DNA of 63,798 bases from Pseudomonadota bacterium (GCA_040389165.1 JAZKAK010000012.1:1-63798); one strand, 5' to 3'. Shown: positions 39,312-49,620, counted from the first letter of the stretch. Numbers and translations: made by a program. The notes: generated from the sequence alone by a model not told the origin.

Positions 39312-40046
39312 ATGCTACTTTACGGACTTCATTCGTGCATTGCCGCTCTTAATAATCCAGAACGCGTTGTCGAAAAAATTTATGTCACCGATAAGAAATT
39401 AATCGAACGATTGCCACCTACAGCGACAGGCGCCGCACGCAAAAATGTTGAATTGACATCCAAAGAAAAGCTTGCAGCGCTTTTACCAAAAGATGCTGTG
39501 CATCAAGGCATTGCGCTTAACGTACAAACACTGCATCCGCTTGATTTGTCGGATCTGTTACATTCTGATGAGCCAAACCAGATTCTGGTGATCCTTGATC
39601 AAGTAAGTGATCCACATAATATCGGTGCAATCTTGCGAACCGCTGCTGTGTTTGGAGCAAAAGCCTTGATTTTGACGGATCGTCATGCGCCAAAAGAAAC
39701 ACCGACGCTCGCGAAATCAGCTTCGGGTGCGCTCGAGCATGTACCACTTTGTTTTGTTAAAAACCTGGCTCAATCACTTAAAGATATCAAAGAGGCTGGT
39801 TTTTGGTGTGTTGCTTTTGCCGAAGAGGCCACGAAAACGCTCAATCAAATCGATCTTAAAGGTAAGATTGCATTGGTTCTTGGTGCAGAGGGTGACGGTC
39901 TTAGGCGATTAACATCGGAGAATTGTGATTTCTATGTTAAACTACAGTCGGCATCAACTTTTTCAACGTTAAATGTGTCAAATGCAGCGGCGATTGCCTT
40001 GTATGAAACGTTTCAACAACAGCGTGCCAATCTCATTAAAGGTTGA
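39312..40046 (+). CDS. rlmB: SpoU/TrmH-family RNA 2'-O-methyltransferase (RlmB-like)
   Basis: LYGLHSCIAALNNPER at the N-terminus, plus SDPHNIGAILRTAAVFGA and LVLGAEGDGLRRL. Confidence 0.8.
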   Translation: MLLYGLHSCIAALNNPERVVEKIYVTDKKLIERLPPTATGAARKNVELTSKEKLAALLPKDAVHQGIALNVQTLHPLDLSDLLHSDEPNQILVILDQVSDPHNIGAILRTAAVFGAKALILTDRHAPKETPTLAKSASGALEHVPLCFVKNLAQSLKDIKEAGFWCVAFAEEATKTLNQIDLKGKIALVLGAEGDGLRRLTSENCDFYVKLQSASTFSTLNVSNAAAIALYETFQQQRANLIKG

Positions 40047-40120
40047 TTAACGCGTTAATCATCGGCTTTTGCTCAATCATTCCAAAGGCTGGCCAGAAAA
40101 ATAATACTTAAGGAAAAACA

Positions 40121-41794
40121 GTGACTGATACACTTCACGCAAAACTAACGCCTACAAAAAATGATTTCTGGTTTTTGCCGCTTGGCGGTTCCAACGAAAT
40201 TGGTATGAATCTCAACTTATTTGGGCATAACGAACAATGGTTGATTGTCGATCTTGGCATTACGTTTCATGATCGATTGGGCGTTGACGTTATCACGCCG
40301 GATCCAACTTTTTTGATCAATAATAAAGATAATATTACCGGTTTAGTGCTGACGCATGCGCACGAAGATCACGTTGGCGCAGTACCCTATTTGTGGCCGT
40401 ACTTACGTTGTCCTATTTATGCCACCCCTTTTACGATGCGTATTGTTCGTCAGAAAATTGCTGATAAACCTTGGAAAAACGATGTTACGTTAATCGAAAT
40501 CCCATTAGGCGGAACATTTAAAGTTGGCGACTTCGACATTGAATATGTAACGTTAACCCATTCGATTTTAGAACCGAATGCACTTCGTATCGAAACGCCA
40601 CACGGGGTTGTGCTGCATTCGGGTGACTGGAAAATTGATCCAGATCCCATGATTGGCGAAGCAACAGATATTACACGTCTTAAAGAGATTGGCGATGAAG
40701 GTGTTCTGGCACTTATTTGCGATTCCACCAACGTATTCAATCATGGCGTAGCAGGATCTGAAAAAGACGTGCGTGATGAACTCATGAAACTGATGGGGAC
40801 CTTTCCAGAAAATCGTGTAACCGTTGCATGCTTTGCATCGAATGTGGCTCGCCTTGAAACAGTTGCTAAAGTTGCGGCTGCACATGGTCGTCAAGTAGCG
40901 CTTGTTGGACGTTCACTTCATCGTATGGTTGCTGCAGCAAAAGATACCGGTTATTTAAAAGATCTCGCGCCTTTTATATCCGATAGTGATGCTATGAAAT
41001 TGCCTGATCATAAAGTTTGTTTTATTGCGACTGGCTCACAGGGCGAGGCCCGCGCGGCACTTGCCCGTATTGCAGGTGATCAGCATCCTGTTGTCAAATT
41101 CGCAGAAAATGATGTTGTTTTATTCTCATCACGTATGATTCCTGGAAACGAGAAGAATATTTCAGCACTGCAAAATCGTTTGATTCACAATTCTGTGCGC
41201 GTTATCACATCATCTGAAGAAGATATTCATGTGTCAGGTCACCCTGCCCGCGATGAGCTTCGTCAAATGTACGAATGGGTCCGCCCAGATGTGTTGATTC
41301 CCGTCCATGGAGAGGCACGTCATTTGGACGAGCAAGCTCGATTCGCGCTTGAATGCGGTGTTGACACGGCGGTTGTTCCTGAAAATGGATCATTGATCCA
41401 ATTAAAAAAGAACGACACCCGCGAGATCGATTTATTGCCAACAGGACGTTGGGTGTTTGACGGTAATCGCATGATTGATATGAAAAGTGTGGTTCTAAAA
41501 GATCGCCAGAAACTAGCAACAGAAGGCCTCGTTGTCGCAACCGTGGTTATCGACAATACAGGACAAATCTTACAGGCACCACAGCTTACCTTTAAAGGTT
41601 TGTGTGATACAGATGCCGAAACAGAAGCGTTATCACGCGAGATTTATCTATCTCTTCGTGAAACATTAGAGCGTGGTTATCGCTCAAATGATGATCGCCT
41701 TGAAACACTAAAGGCCGTTATTCGCAAATCTGTGCATCGTTATTTAATGAAAAAACCTGTTGTTGATGTGCACATCATTGTGGCCGAGATATAG
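40121..41794 (+). CDS. rnj: ribonuclease J
   Basis: GTG start. Metallo-beta-lactamase motif HAHEDHVG, a beta-CASP region and HVSGHPARDEL. Confidence 0.9.
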   Translation: MTDTLHAKLTPTKNDFWFLPLGGSNEIGMNLNLFGHNEQWLIVDLGITFHDRLGVDVITPDPTFLINNKDNITGLVLTHAHEDHVGAVPYLWPYLRCPIYATPFTMRIVRQKIADKPWKNDVTLIEIPLGGTFKVGDFDIEYVTLTHSILEPNALRIETPHGVVLHSGDWKIDPDPMIGEATDITRLKEIGDEGVLALICDSTNVFNHGVAGSEKDVRDELMKLMGTFPENRVTVACFASNVARLETVAKVAAAHGRQVALVGRSLHRMVAAAKDTGYLKDLAPFISDSDAMKLPDHKVCFIATGSQGEARAALARIAGDQHPVVKFAENDVVLFSSRMIPGNEKNISALQNRLIHNSVRVITSSEEDIHVSGHPARDELRQMYEWVRPDVLIPVHGEARHLDEQARFALECGVDTAVVPENGSLIQLKKNDTREIDLLPTGRWVFDGNRMIDMKSVVLKDRQKLATEGLVVATVVIDNTGQILQAPQLTFKGLCDTDAETEALSREIYLSLRETLERGYRSNDDRLETLKAVIRKSVHRYLMKKPVVDVHIIVAEI

Positions 41795-41978
41795 GATCAA
41801 TGGCATAGTCCATTGATCTTACCTGGTTGGCAGGCGCAACATCGTTTCTTAATCGATTAAGCATTAGTTATCTATCAACTTCTCTTGCCATTCTTGCGTC
41901 TGCCCCGTAGACTTATGGTAGGCAAGTGGTTGGCAGCCACTAAAATTATTAATTTTTCTCGTACAAAAAGAAGTTTTT

Positions 41979-42641
41979 ATGAAAATTGCATCCTTTTTCT
42001 TTCTATCTTTATTGATTATTGTCACCACATCGTTTCCAAGCATAGCCGCACATAAAGGTGAAGATGTGTGGGAATATGATAGTGTTAAAAAAACGTATAA
42101 ATGCGTAGCTAGTGATGCAAAAGCAGAAAAGAAGAAACCGCCTTTTCAATCAACAGATTTTGAAAAAATTCATAATACCGTGGTTGCTTACAACGCTATG
42201 CTCGCTGATCTTAGAGATTCCAAGGCAACAGTAACCCGCGATGAAATAAAAGCTTTATTCAAAAAAGATGCAAGCCTAGAAGATATTTCTGAGTCAACAG
42301 GACATTCAATCTTTAGAAGCGTAATTCTTGACAGCTTCGTTTTTAACTATGCATTAAGGGATAAGGAAAAAATCCCATTTGGTCTAGATAAGGCAATCAC
42401 AGATGACATTCAAGAATACAGAAATTTTCTAAATGTTTATGTGTTAGGTATTGAACGATGGAGCAAAAAGGAAGAACTTGATTACAAAAAGCTTCCAGGA
42501 AATCTTGATGCAGCGATGAAGCGATATCATGAATATCTTGCAAAAATGGCTCAACAAGAAACGGATAATAATGAGCCTAACCTAGAAAAGCATGAACTTA
42601 AAACCAAGAAAATTAAAAAAAAGAAAAATCATAAAGGGTGA
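41979..42641 (+). CDS. hypothetical secreted protein (orphan)
   Basis: 220 aa with a signal-like N-terminus (MKIASFFFLSLLIIVTTSFPSIAA) and a C-terminal lysine tail KTKKIKKKKNHKG. Confidence 0.6.
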   Translation: MKIASFFFLSLLIIVTTSFPSIAAHKGEDVWEYDSVKKTYKCVASDAKAEKKKPPFQSTDFEKIHNTVVAYNAMLADLRDSKATVTRDEIKALFKKDASLEDISESTGHSIFRSVILDSFVFNYALRDKEKIPFGLDKAITDDIQEYRNFLNVYVLGIERWSKKEELDYKKLPGNLDAAMKRYHEYLAKMAQQETDNNEPNLEKHELKTKKIKKKKNHKG

Positions 42642-42767
42642 GAGTTTCTTTAAAATGTGCGCTGGATCATATTCAAGTCAGATATAATTCTGGCTTGAAT
42701 TTATACATTTACATCATCAACATAAATCCTTACTATAACAATCTGAATTCTTATAAAAATAACAGTC

Positions 42768-43394
42768 ATGCCTAATCCTACCCGCCGCGGTCTTATGCTT
42801 ATTTTATCGTCTCCATCAGGTGCTGGAAAGACGACAATTGCGAATGCACTTCTCACAAGTGAGACCCATTTAAAGACGTCGATATCCGTTACAACGCGTC
42901 CAAAACGTCCTAACGAGATTGATGGTCGTGATTATTATTTCGTCACGCACGATGAATTTCAACAACGAATCAGTGCCGATGATTTTTTTGAATACGCCGA
43001 GGTTTTTGGAAATCTTTATGGCACCCCGAAACAGTTTGTTCTGGATACATTAAGCAGCGGTCAAGACGTTGTGTTTGATATTGACTGGCAAGGCACGCAG
43101 CAAATAAGTCAATCTGCACGTGGTGACTTGGTCACCATATTTATTCTCCCCCCGTCTTTAGAAGAACTTGAAGCACGCCTTCGTGGACGCAATCAAGATT
43201 CAATAGAAGTCGTCAATCAACGCATGCATGAAGCCAGCGCTGAGCTAAGCCATTGGCCAGAGTATAATTATGTCGTCATCAATCACGAGCTTGATGAAAG
43301 TGTCATAACCGTCAGATCTATTTTGCGTGCTGAACGGCATCGCCGAAAACGACAAGTCGGTCTTGCCGATTTTGTGAATCATATGCGCGTATAG
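42768..43394 (+). CDS. gmk: guanylate kinase
   Basis: P-loop SSPSGAGKTT, TTRPKRPNEIDGRDYYFV and the EYAEVFGNLYGT motif. Confidence 0.95.
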   Translation: MPNPTRRGLMLILSSPSGAGKTTIANALLTSETHLKTSISVTTRPKRPNEIDGRDYYFVTHDEFQQRISADDFFEYAEVFGNLYGTPKQFVLDTLSSGQDVVFDIDWQGTQQISQSARGDLVTIFILPPSLEELEARLRGRNQDSIEVVNQRMHEASAELSHWPEYNYVVINHELDESVITVRSILRAERHRRKRQVGLADFVNHMRV

Positions 43395-43604
43395 CTGATT
43401 TAAACGGTTTAGAATGGTGAAATATAACAAAAATTGATGTGCAATCTTTATAAAGTTTCGCTAGCATTACGTCTTGATTAAGGGTATAATTTAAGCTGAA
43501 TTTTATATTTTAAAGAATGCAACAACCAATAGATATGGTAACATCAAGCCTTTTATTAGTCGCGTGATTGTACAGATGTTGATTGTTTCTAGAAAACGAG
43601 TGCT

Positions 43605-44408
43605 ATGAAATTTTGTACAGTTGATGCGTTTACCGATACCCTTTTTAAGGGTAATCCCGCAGCCGTTTGCGTTGTCGAAGAATTTCCAAGCGATGATTTC
43701 ATGCAAAACATTGCCACTGAAGTAAATTTATCTGAAACAGCTTTTATCGTACCGCTGAATGATAATCACTTTGACATTCGTTGGTTCACCCCAACCACCG
43801 AAGTTTCTTTGTGTGGTCATGCTACGCTTGCTGCGGCTCATGTATTATGGACAGAGATGGAAATTGTCACGCGTGAAGAAATCTATTTTGAATCTAAAAG
43901 TGGCGTGTTAAAAGCATGGCGCGACGATGATGGCATTACACTTGATTTCCCCGCCCATTATGTCGAACCGATTAGCATCCCCGAGGGCTTGCTTGAAGCC
44001 CTAGGCGTTTCACCCGTATTTGTAGGCCGTGCGAACGATGATTGTTTGGTAGAGCTACATTCTGCGCAAGAAGTGATTGATTTGGTGCCTGATACAGCCC
44101 GACTTGCAGATATTGATTGTCGTGGCGTTATTATCACCGCTGAAGGTGGTGCGGATATGGATTATGATTTTGTTTCTCGTTTTTTTGCGCCAAAAGTTGG
44201 TGTTGTCGAAGATTCTGTAAGTGGATCAGCACATTGTAAGCTGGCGACGTATTGGTCAGAGCGTCTTGGCAGAAATGTATTTACAGCATACCAGGCATCT
44301 AAGCGTGGCGGTTACCTTAAAGTTCGTCACGAGGGTGAACGTGTTTTATTGACAGGGTATGCTGTAACCGCGTTTAGTGGAAAATTTGTGGCGGTGGGGT
44401 ACAAGTAG
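43605..44408 (+). CDS. PhzF family isomerase
   Basis: N-terminal DAFTDTLFKGNPAAVC, SETAFI, and LCGHATLAAAHVL. Confidence 0.85.
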   Translation: MKFCTVDAFTDTLFKGNPAAVCVVEEFPSDDFMQNIATEVNLSETAFIVPLNDNHFDIRWFTPTTEVSLCGHATLAAAHVLWTEMEIVTREEIYFESKSGVLKAWRDDDGITLDFPAHYVEPISIPEGLLEALGVSPVFVGRANDDCLVELHSAQEVIDLVPDTARLADIDCRGVIITAEGGADMDYDFVSRFFAPKVGVVEDSVSGSAHCKLATYWSERLGRNVFTAYQASKRGGYLKVRHEGERVLLTGYAVTAFSGKFVAVGYK

Positions 44409-44472
44409 GTAAAACATACTATTAAATCAAAGCTCTAGTAGAGCGATGAGCAAACCTATAAAATATAAAATT

Positions 44473-44931
44473 TTATACAAATATTTTTTCTGTCATGTAT
44501 TTTCTTAAAACTGGGATTTTTTCGCTTAACTGAACAAGCGAATCTTTCATTTGCGGGAAGAAAGATAGGCGTTTAATAACAGACTGAACAAGTATATTGT
44601 TTTCAATATGCGTCGCCAGTAATTGCATAAACACATCATATTCAGCCCTTATTGCACCCCGTATCGATTCGGTCCATTCTTCATATAGAGCGATCGTAAT
44701 CATTCTATTGTTTAACGAAAGGTTAGAATTAAACTTATCAATAAGACACTTCTCTTCTCTTCTCCTTTTTTCGCACTTACATTGCTCTGAAAACTGACCT
44801 GACTGAATTTTTTCCTGTATGAGGTCATAATCACCATCCGATGCGATACACGGATAAATCAGTGCAAATATGGGAATGTATAGGGGTATTTTACGTAAAA
44901 ACATAGTGTGGTCCTTAAAATTTGACTTCAC
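44473..44931 (-). CDS. hypothetical protein (orphan)
   Basis: 152-aa ORF with a hydrophobic N-terminal segment (LYIPIFALIYPCIAS). No family recognised. Confidence 0.5.
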   Translation of the reverse strand: MKSNFKDHTMFLRKIPLYIPIFALIYPCIASDGDYDLIQEKIQSGQFSEQCKCEKRRREEKCLIDKFNSNLSLNNRMITIALYEEWTESIRGAIRAEYDVFMQLLATHIENNILVQSVIKRLSFFPQMKDSLVQLSEKIPVLRKYMTEKIFV

Positions 44932-44975
44932 ATAGCCAATTCAGTTGATAATGCAGCATGCATGTATTTATTACC

Positions 44976-45195
44976 ATCATCCTCTCCCCTTACTGTCATC
45001 CTCGCCCCTTACTGTCATCCTCGCCCCTTTACTGTCATCCTCGCCCCTTTACTGTCATCTTTGCCCCTTTACTGTCATCCTCTGCCTTTTACTGTCATCC
45101 TCGCCCCTTTACTGTCATCCTCGCGAATGCGGGGATCCAGTTGGCTGTTTTCCTGGATCACCACGGATCTGGCGCTCCTCGTGATGACGGCGGAT
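44976..45195. repeat. tandem array of ~7 units of 19-20 bp (GTCATCCTCGCCCCTTTACT) ending in a REP hairpin, plus an inverted partner
   Basis: Unit starts at 44995, 45014, 45034, 45054, 45074 and 45094. Terminal GTCATCCTCGCGAATGCGGGGATCCAG at 45114-45140. Partner ..CCTCGTGATGACGG near 45176-45190. Confidence 0.85.
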
Positions 45196-45394
45196 AGACT
45201 ATGCAGTTCCTTAACTTAATGGCAGTTGGGCAAGCCCAGGCAATGCACAGAGGGCGAGCCCCACTACGCGATGAGTATAATATAAGATTGTCAGACTGAC
45301 CATAACAGGATAATAATGTTATTTTTTCGCATGTCAATAGTATTTTGTGTTTTTTGAGATTTTTTCGCCACGGCGAATCGCATGACTGCCGCAC

Positions 45395-45600
45395 ACTGTC
45401 ATGTATGGATTCCTTACACCGTCATCTTCGGACTCCCCTTTTGTCAGCTTCGGACTCCCCTTTTGTCATCTTCGGACTTGATCCGAAGATCTATAACGAT
45501 GCAGAAGCAAACACGCAGAGCACTGCGAACAGGCTGCAAGCTACATGCAACCGAATCAGTAGAGATGCTCGGGTCAAGCCCGAGCATGAGAGTAGATATA
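45395..45600. repeat. REP/MITE cluster
   Basis: GTCATCTTCGGACTCCCCTTTT tandem half-sites, hairpin GTCATCTTCGGACTTGATCCGAAGATCT (45468), and hairpin GATGCTCGGGTCAAGCCCGAGCATGAG (45563). Confidence 0.75.
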
Positions 45601-45680
45601 TTTGTATAGTTTTTGTCCTGCTCTTAGACTGTTCGTGATGATCTTGGTTTTTCAATGAACACCGAGTAATTTCAGCCTCT

Positions 45681-47042
45681 TTAGCCAAACGTAATTGCAT
45701 TTGTAATAGTTGTATTTCCTGTGGCCTGAAATGATGTACCTGCTCCAATCACGATGGCACCAGTGCCAACGTTAGCTGCTGCACCAATTTTTAATCCAGC
45801 CGTTCCACCAACCGTTGTGGTAAATGCGCCCACTTGTGTGCCGCTTAATGTAACAATAGCAGCCCCATTAATCGTTAATCCTCCGGTAGAACTGCCCGTT
45901 AATGCACCTGACAATGTTGCTGCGACCGCAGCAGTTATAGTAACTGCATTTCCAGTAAATGTAATAGGAGATGCAAATGTTGGCGTCCCGGTAGTATTAA
46001 GTGCAAGTATCGTTGCTGCAGCAAGACTAATGGCTTGCGAACTTGCAAGTGTACATGTGCCAGCACTACCCAATTGAAGCGTTCCATAATTCACCGAAAT
46101 AGCACCCGTTGTATTTGCACCGGTAAGGACTACCGTGCCAGTGTTGCCTGATGTGCCGACAGCCAATGTGTTGGTAGAACCTGTAATTGCACCTAATGTC
46201 AATGTTATGCCAGATGCTGCTTGAACGGTTCCTGCGGCACTTAATGTAACGCTTGGGACTGAAATTGCTGGAGTAACGGTCGCAGAAAGGACCGCGCCAG
46301 TTGCAGCCAACGTAATGGAGCCTGTTGCTGGAATAGCGTTTGCTCCGCCAATGCATAATGTTGTATTTCCGCCTACACTAATACCACCGGTTAATGGATG
46401 GGCAGGCGCACTGACTCCGCTGTTGTTGCCGGACAGTGTAATAATATTGGCACCTGTACTTACGGTTCCACCTCCAAGTGCTAATATGTTAGTGCAGCTT
46501 ACTGGTTCTGAAATTTGTCCAGAAAGCGTTACAGCATATGCAGTGGTGCCAAGTGCACTGCCAGTATATCCCAGTCCGGTAATATTTCCTGTTGCACTCG
46601 TACTACCAATTACAATATTGTTAGCAAGCGTCATGCCCCCAGAGAGGAATGGTATAAGCGTTGCCCCATCATAAATCGTAATAGGAATGGCAGCATTGGC
46701 TGTACCAAAAGCAGTAGCCGTAGCAGCATTTAATTGCAATGTACCAGCTTGAATGACAACAGCAGCTGATATGGCGTTCGTACCTGACGGTGCGATAATA
46801 CCCACACCTGATCCCGTCTTATTCAATGTTGTGGCCGTTATCAAACCCGTAAGTGTTGTTTCGTCTGGACTTACGACATCCCATACAGAAGTACCGGCAT
46901 AACTAGCCCCACCCCCAACAGCGCTTATTGCAGCTATAGCTACCAGATATTTTTTCCAAGTTGTATTGGAAAGAAGTGAAATACATGCCTGACGGCTTGT
47001 ACTAAGAAGGGCGCTTGTCGCAAACAAATTTGAAAATCTCAT
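45681..47042 (-). CDS. autotransporter-like passenger repeat protein without a beta-barrel domain
   Basis: 453 aa of Gly/Thr/Ala-rich repeats of the kind found in autotransporter passengers (GTLQL..GANTTG..). Ends ..GAGTSFQATGNTTITNAITFG. No C-terminal translocator. Confidence 0.7.
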   Translation of the reverse strand: MRFSNLFATSALLSTSRQACISLLSNTTWKKYLVAIAAISAVGGGASYAGTSVWDVVSPDETTLTGLITATTLNKTGSGVGIIAPSGTNAISAAVVIQAGTLQLNAATATAFGTANAAIPITIYDGATLIPFLSGGMTLANNIVIGSTSATGNITGLGYTGSALGTTAYAVTLSGQISEPVSCTNILALGGGTVSTGANIITLSGNNSGVSAPAHPLTGGISVGGNTTLCIGGANAIPATGSITLAATGAVLSATVTPAISVPSVTLSAAGTVQAASGITLTLGAITGSTNTLAVGTSGNTGTVVLTGANTTGAISVNYGTLQLGSAGTCTLASSQAISLAAATILALNTTGTPTFASPITFTGNAVTITAAVAATLSGALTGSSTGGLTINGAAIVTLSGTQVGAFTTTVGGTAGLKIGAAANVGTGAIVIGAGTSFQATGNTTITNAITFG

Positions 47043-47134
47043 AATTACACATCTAAGTAAAATTTTAACTTAACTTAGTGTAAAATGAATTATATTAAAA
47101 TTTAGTTAATACTGATGCATATTCATCTCTATTC

Positions 47135-49165
47135 CTATCCAAATGTGATTGCATTCGAAATGATTGTTTTTCCTGTGACTTGAAATGATGTACCGGCACC
47201 AACAGTAATATGACCACTAGTAAGGTTTGTTGCCCCAGAAAGTATCAACCCATTTCCAGTACTGCCACTGACGGATATTGGAAAGCTGCCTGAAGATTGC
47301 GATCCTGAAAGCGTTAGAATGCCAGATCCATGGATGGTTAACCCGCTAATTGTACTGGCGATCGTTCCAGCAAAGGTTGATCCATTTTGCGATGTAATCG
47401 TTAGTGCTGCAGATGTCCCACCAGAACTTTGAATCGTTCCTGCGCCGCTGGGATCAATGACTGTGCGCCCAGTTCCAACAAGATCGTATATACCACCACC
47501 AGCTACGGCAACCCCAATAGACGTTGCTATATTACCCATCAATGTCCCGCCGGCACTAATGGTTGTTGCGCCAGTGTATGTCGCACTTGATAATGTTAGC
47601 GTGCTAGAACCACTTTGTGTTAATGCACCAGATCCACTGACTGTGCCTGCATAGGTATAAGCACTCGATAGGTCAAAAGCAAGTGCTGCATTGTTGACAA
47701 TGCTTGTACTCGCAATGCTGCCTGCCGTTCCGCCATTACCAATTTTAAGCGTGCCAGCACTAATGGTTGTTGTGCCAGTATAGGTGTTTGCGCCTGATAA
47801 TGCTAACGTGCCAACTCCACTTTGTATTAATGCACCCGATCCACTGATTATACCTGATAACACCATCCAATTATGGTTTGCATTAATGGTATTGGCATCA
47901 GATGCTAAGACAACATTATTAGCAAGTGTTAAGCCATTCGCGCCAACGTACATTGTTCCACCAGCAAAATTAATGGGAAACGTGCCATAATCAGCACTGG
48001 TCAAAACGGTATCGGTAGTGCCAGACCCAATATAATTTGGCGTCATACATCGAATACAGTGATTCCCTACATCGGTTACATAAATATTACCATTACTGTC
48101 TACTACGAGATCGCGTGGATCCGTAAATGTAGCTGCTGTTCCCAGACCATTTGCAGATCCAGATGCTGTTCCACCCACATGTCCTCCACCAGCAATCGTT
48201 GTAACAACACCAGCCGCCGTAATTTTTCGAATCAGATGATTAACCTCCTCGGTCACATATAACGTTCCAGAACTATCAACAGCAATACCCGCTGGCCCAT
48301 TAAAGGTTGCTGCTGTCCCCGTTCCATCTGCATTTCCACCTGTATTTCCAACGGTAGTGCTACCCGCAAACGTTGTAACAGCTGCACCTGACTTTGTTAT
48401 TTGCCTAATACAGTTATTGGTGTAATCCGACACATACAGATTGGCTCCCGACATAATTATTCCAGTTGGACGATAAAATTTCGCATCGGTTCCCGTGCCG
48501 TTCACATAGCCAGCATTATCAGCGGGCGATTGTGATGAGCTCGATGTTGATCCGGCAAACACAACAGCGCTAGGGCTTGTATATGATGTTTTATAGATTG
48601 CAGCGTCCATAAAATCGACCATGTATGCAGAAGTGCTATCCTGAACAGTAATAGCGTGTGCCGAATTCACATTCACAAAATTTGTTACGGCAGCTGTACT
48701 TATGTCAATCTTTCGAATAAGGCCATTACCCATATCTGCCACATACAGATTGCTTGATGTGCTGTCACAGGTAATACCACGTACTGCAGTGCTGAAGCTT
48801 GCTGCTGTACCTGTGCCGTTTGTACTTCCAGATGATCCTACTGTGCCCGCAAAGGTTGTTACAACAGCACCTGGGGTGATTTTTCGAATGTCGCAATTAC
48901 CCCACTCGGTGACATACAAATTATTACTTGAGTCAATCGTGATGTTGCCAGGCTGGTTAAACACGGCAGAAGTTCCCGTGCCATCAGCATGGCCCGCTGT
49001 ACCGGCAATTCCAGCAAAAGTTGTTACATTCCATAGAGTATCTTTTGCATGCCCAAGGTTGGATACAATGCCCACCAGTGCGAGTACGATTACTACGCGT
49101 ATGCATGTCAGCTGTTTTCGTGAGAATTGTGTATTTCTGAATTGTGTTAATAAATTTACCATCAT
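47135..49165 (-). CDS. NHL-repeat beta-propeller + autotransporter-like passenger repeat protein without a beta-barrel
   Basis: NHL-like blades (NLYVTEWGNCDIRKIT, NLYVADMGNGLIRKI, NLYVSDYTNNCIRQIT, TLYVTEEVNHLIRKIT, NIYVTDVGNHCIRCM) are followed by GTLALSGANTYTGTTTISAGTLKIGNGGTAG-type repeats. Ends ..GAGTSFQVTGKTIISNAITFG. Confidence 0.75.
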   Translation of the reverse strand: MMVNLLTQFRNTQFSRKQLTCIRVVIVLALVGIVSNLGHAKDTLWNVTTFAGIAGTAGHADGTGTSAVFNQPGNITIDSSNNLYVTEWGNCDIRKITPGAVVTTFAGTVGSSGSTNGTGTAASFSTAVRGITCDSTSSNLYVADMGNGLIRKIDISTAAVTNFVNVNSAHAITVQDSTSAYMVDFMDAAIYKTSYTSPSAVVFAGSTSSSSQSPADNAGYVNGTGTDAKFYRPTGIIMSGANLYVSDYTNNCIRQITKSGAAVTTFAGSTTVGNTGGNADGTGTAATFNGPAGIAVDSSGTLYVTEEVNHLIRKITAAGVVTTIAGGGHVGGTASGSANGLGTAATFTDPRDLVVDSNGNIYVTDVGNHCIRCMTPNYIGSGTTDTVLTSADYGTFPINFAGGTMYVGANGLTLANNVVLASDANTINANHNWMVLSGIISGSGALIQSGVGTLALSGANTYTGTTTISAGTLKIGNGGTAGSIASTSIVNNAALAFDLSSAYTYAGTVSGSGALTQSGSSTLTLSSATYTGATTISAGGTLMGNIATSIGVAVAGGGIYDLVGTGRTVIDPSGAGTIQSSGGTSAALTITSQNGSTFAGTIASTISGLTIHGSGILTLSGSQSSGSFPISVSGSTGNGLILSGATNLTSGHITVGAGTSFQVTGKTIISNAITFG

Positions 49166-49367
49166 TCAAAAACCTTATACATAAAATTATATGATTACAT
49201 AATATATTATAAAGTAGAAATGAATAATGAATTATTAACAACGATGAATTTTGCGTATAAATATTATTTTAGCGGCTGTTATGCAAAACGAATGAGTCCC
49301 CCATGCTGCTCGTCTTTTGTCCTCCTCGGACGCGATCCACATCTGCACGAACGTTTCAAATTTGGCT

Positions 49368-49505
49368 GTCATTCCCGCGTTTGGCTGTCATTCCCGCTTT
49401 TGTCTGTCATTCCCGCGAAGGCGGGGAACCAGTTTTGTTTAAATTACAATTTAATGGTTCTTTTGTTTGATTATTTCCTGGATCCCCGCCTTCGCGGGAA
49501 TGACA
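49368..49505. repeat. REP element with amplified half-sites (GTCATTCCCGC x3) and an inverted partner
   Basis: Units at 49368, 49387 and 49406 (the last is GTCATTCCCGCGAAGGCGGGGAACCAG). Partner CTGGATCCCCGCCTTCGCGGGAATGACA at 49478-49505. Confidence 0.8.
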
Positions 49506-49620
49506 AAACAGAAATACGCAATGACAATGAGGAGAATTTATACGGGCATGCAAAACCACTGCTTGCTTATACAAACAGGTACATGCTGAATTATAATTTT
49601 TAAGGGAGGGGGGATTTAAA

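Noticed and set aside
41794-41820. Hairpin GGATCAATGG-N6-CCATTGATC after rnj as a rho-independent terminator.
   Set aside because: The stem is clear, but it is followed by TTACC rather than a U-run. That is too weak to annotate.
44945-45219. Three overlapping 79-85-aa ORFs on the plus strand.
   Set aside because: All three frames of the same 20-bp tandem array are open (PLLSSSPLYCHPRPFTVIL..). This is a repeat artefact, not coding sequence.
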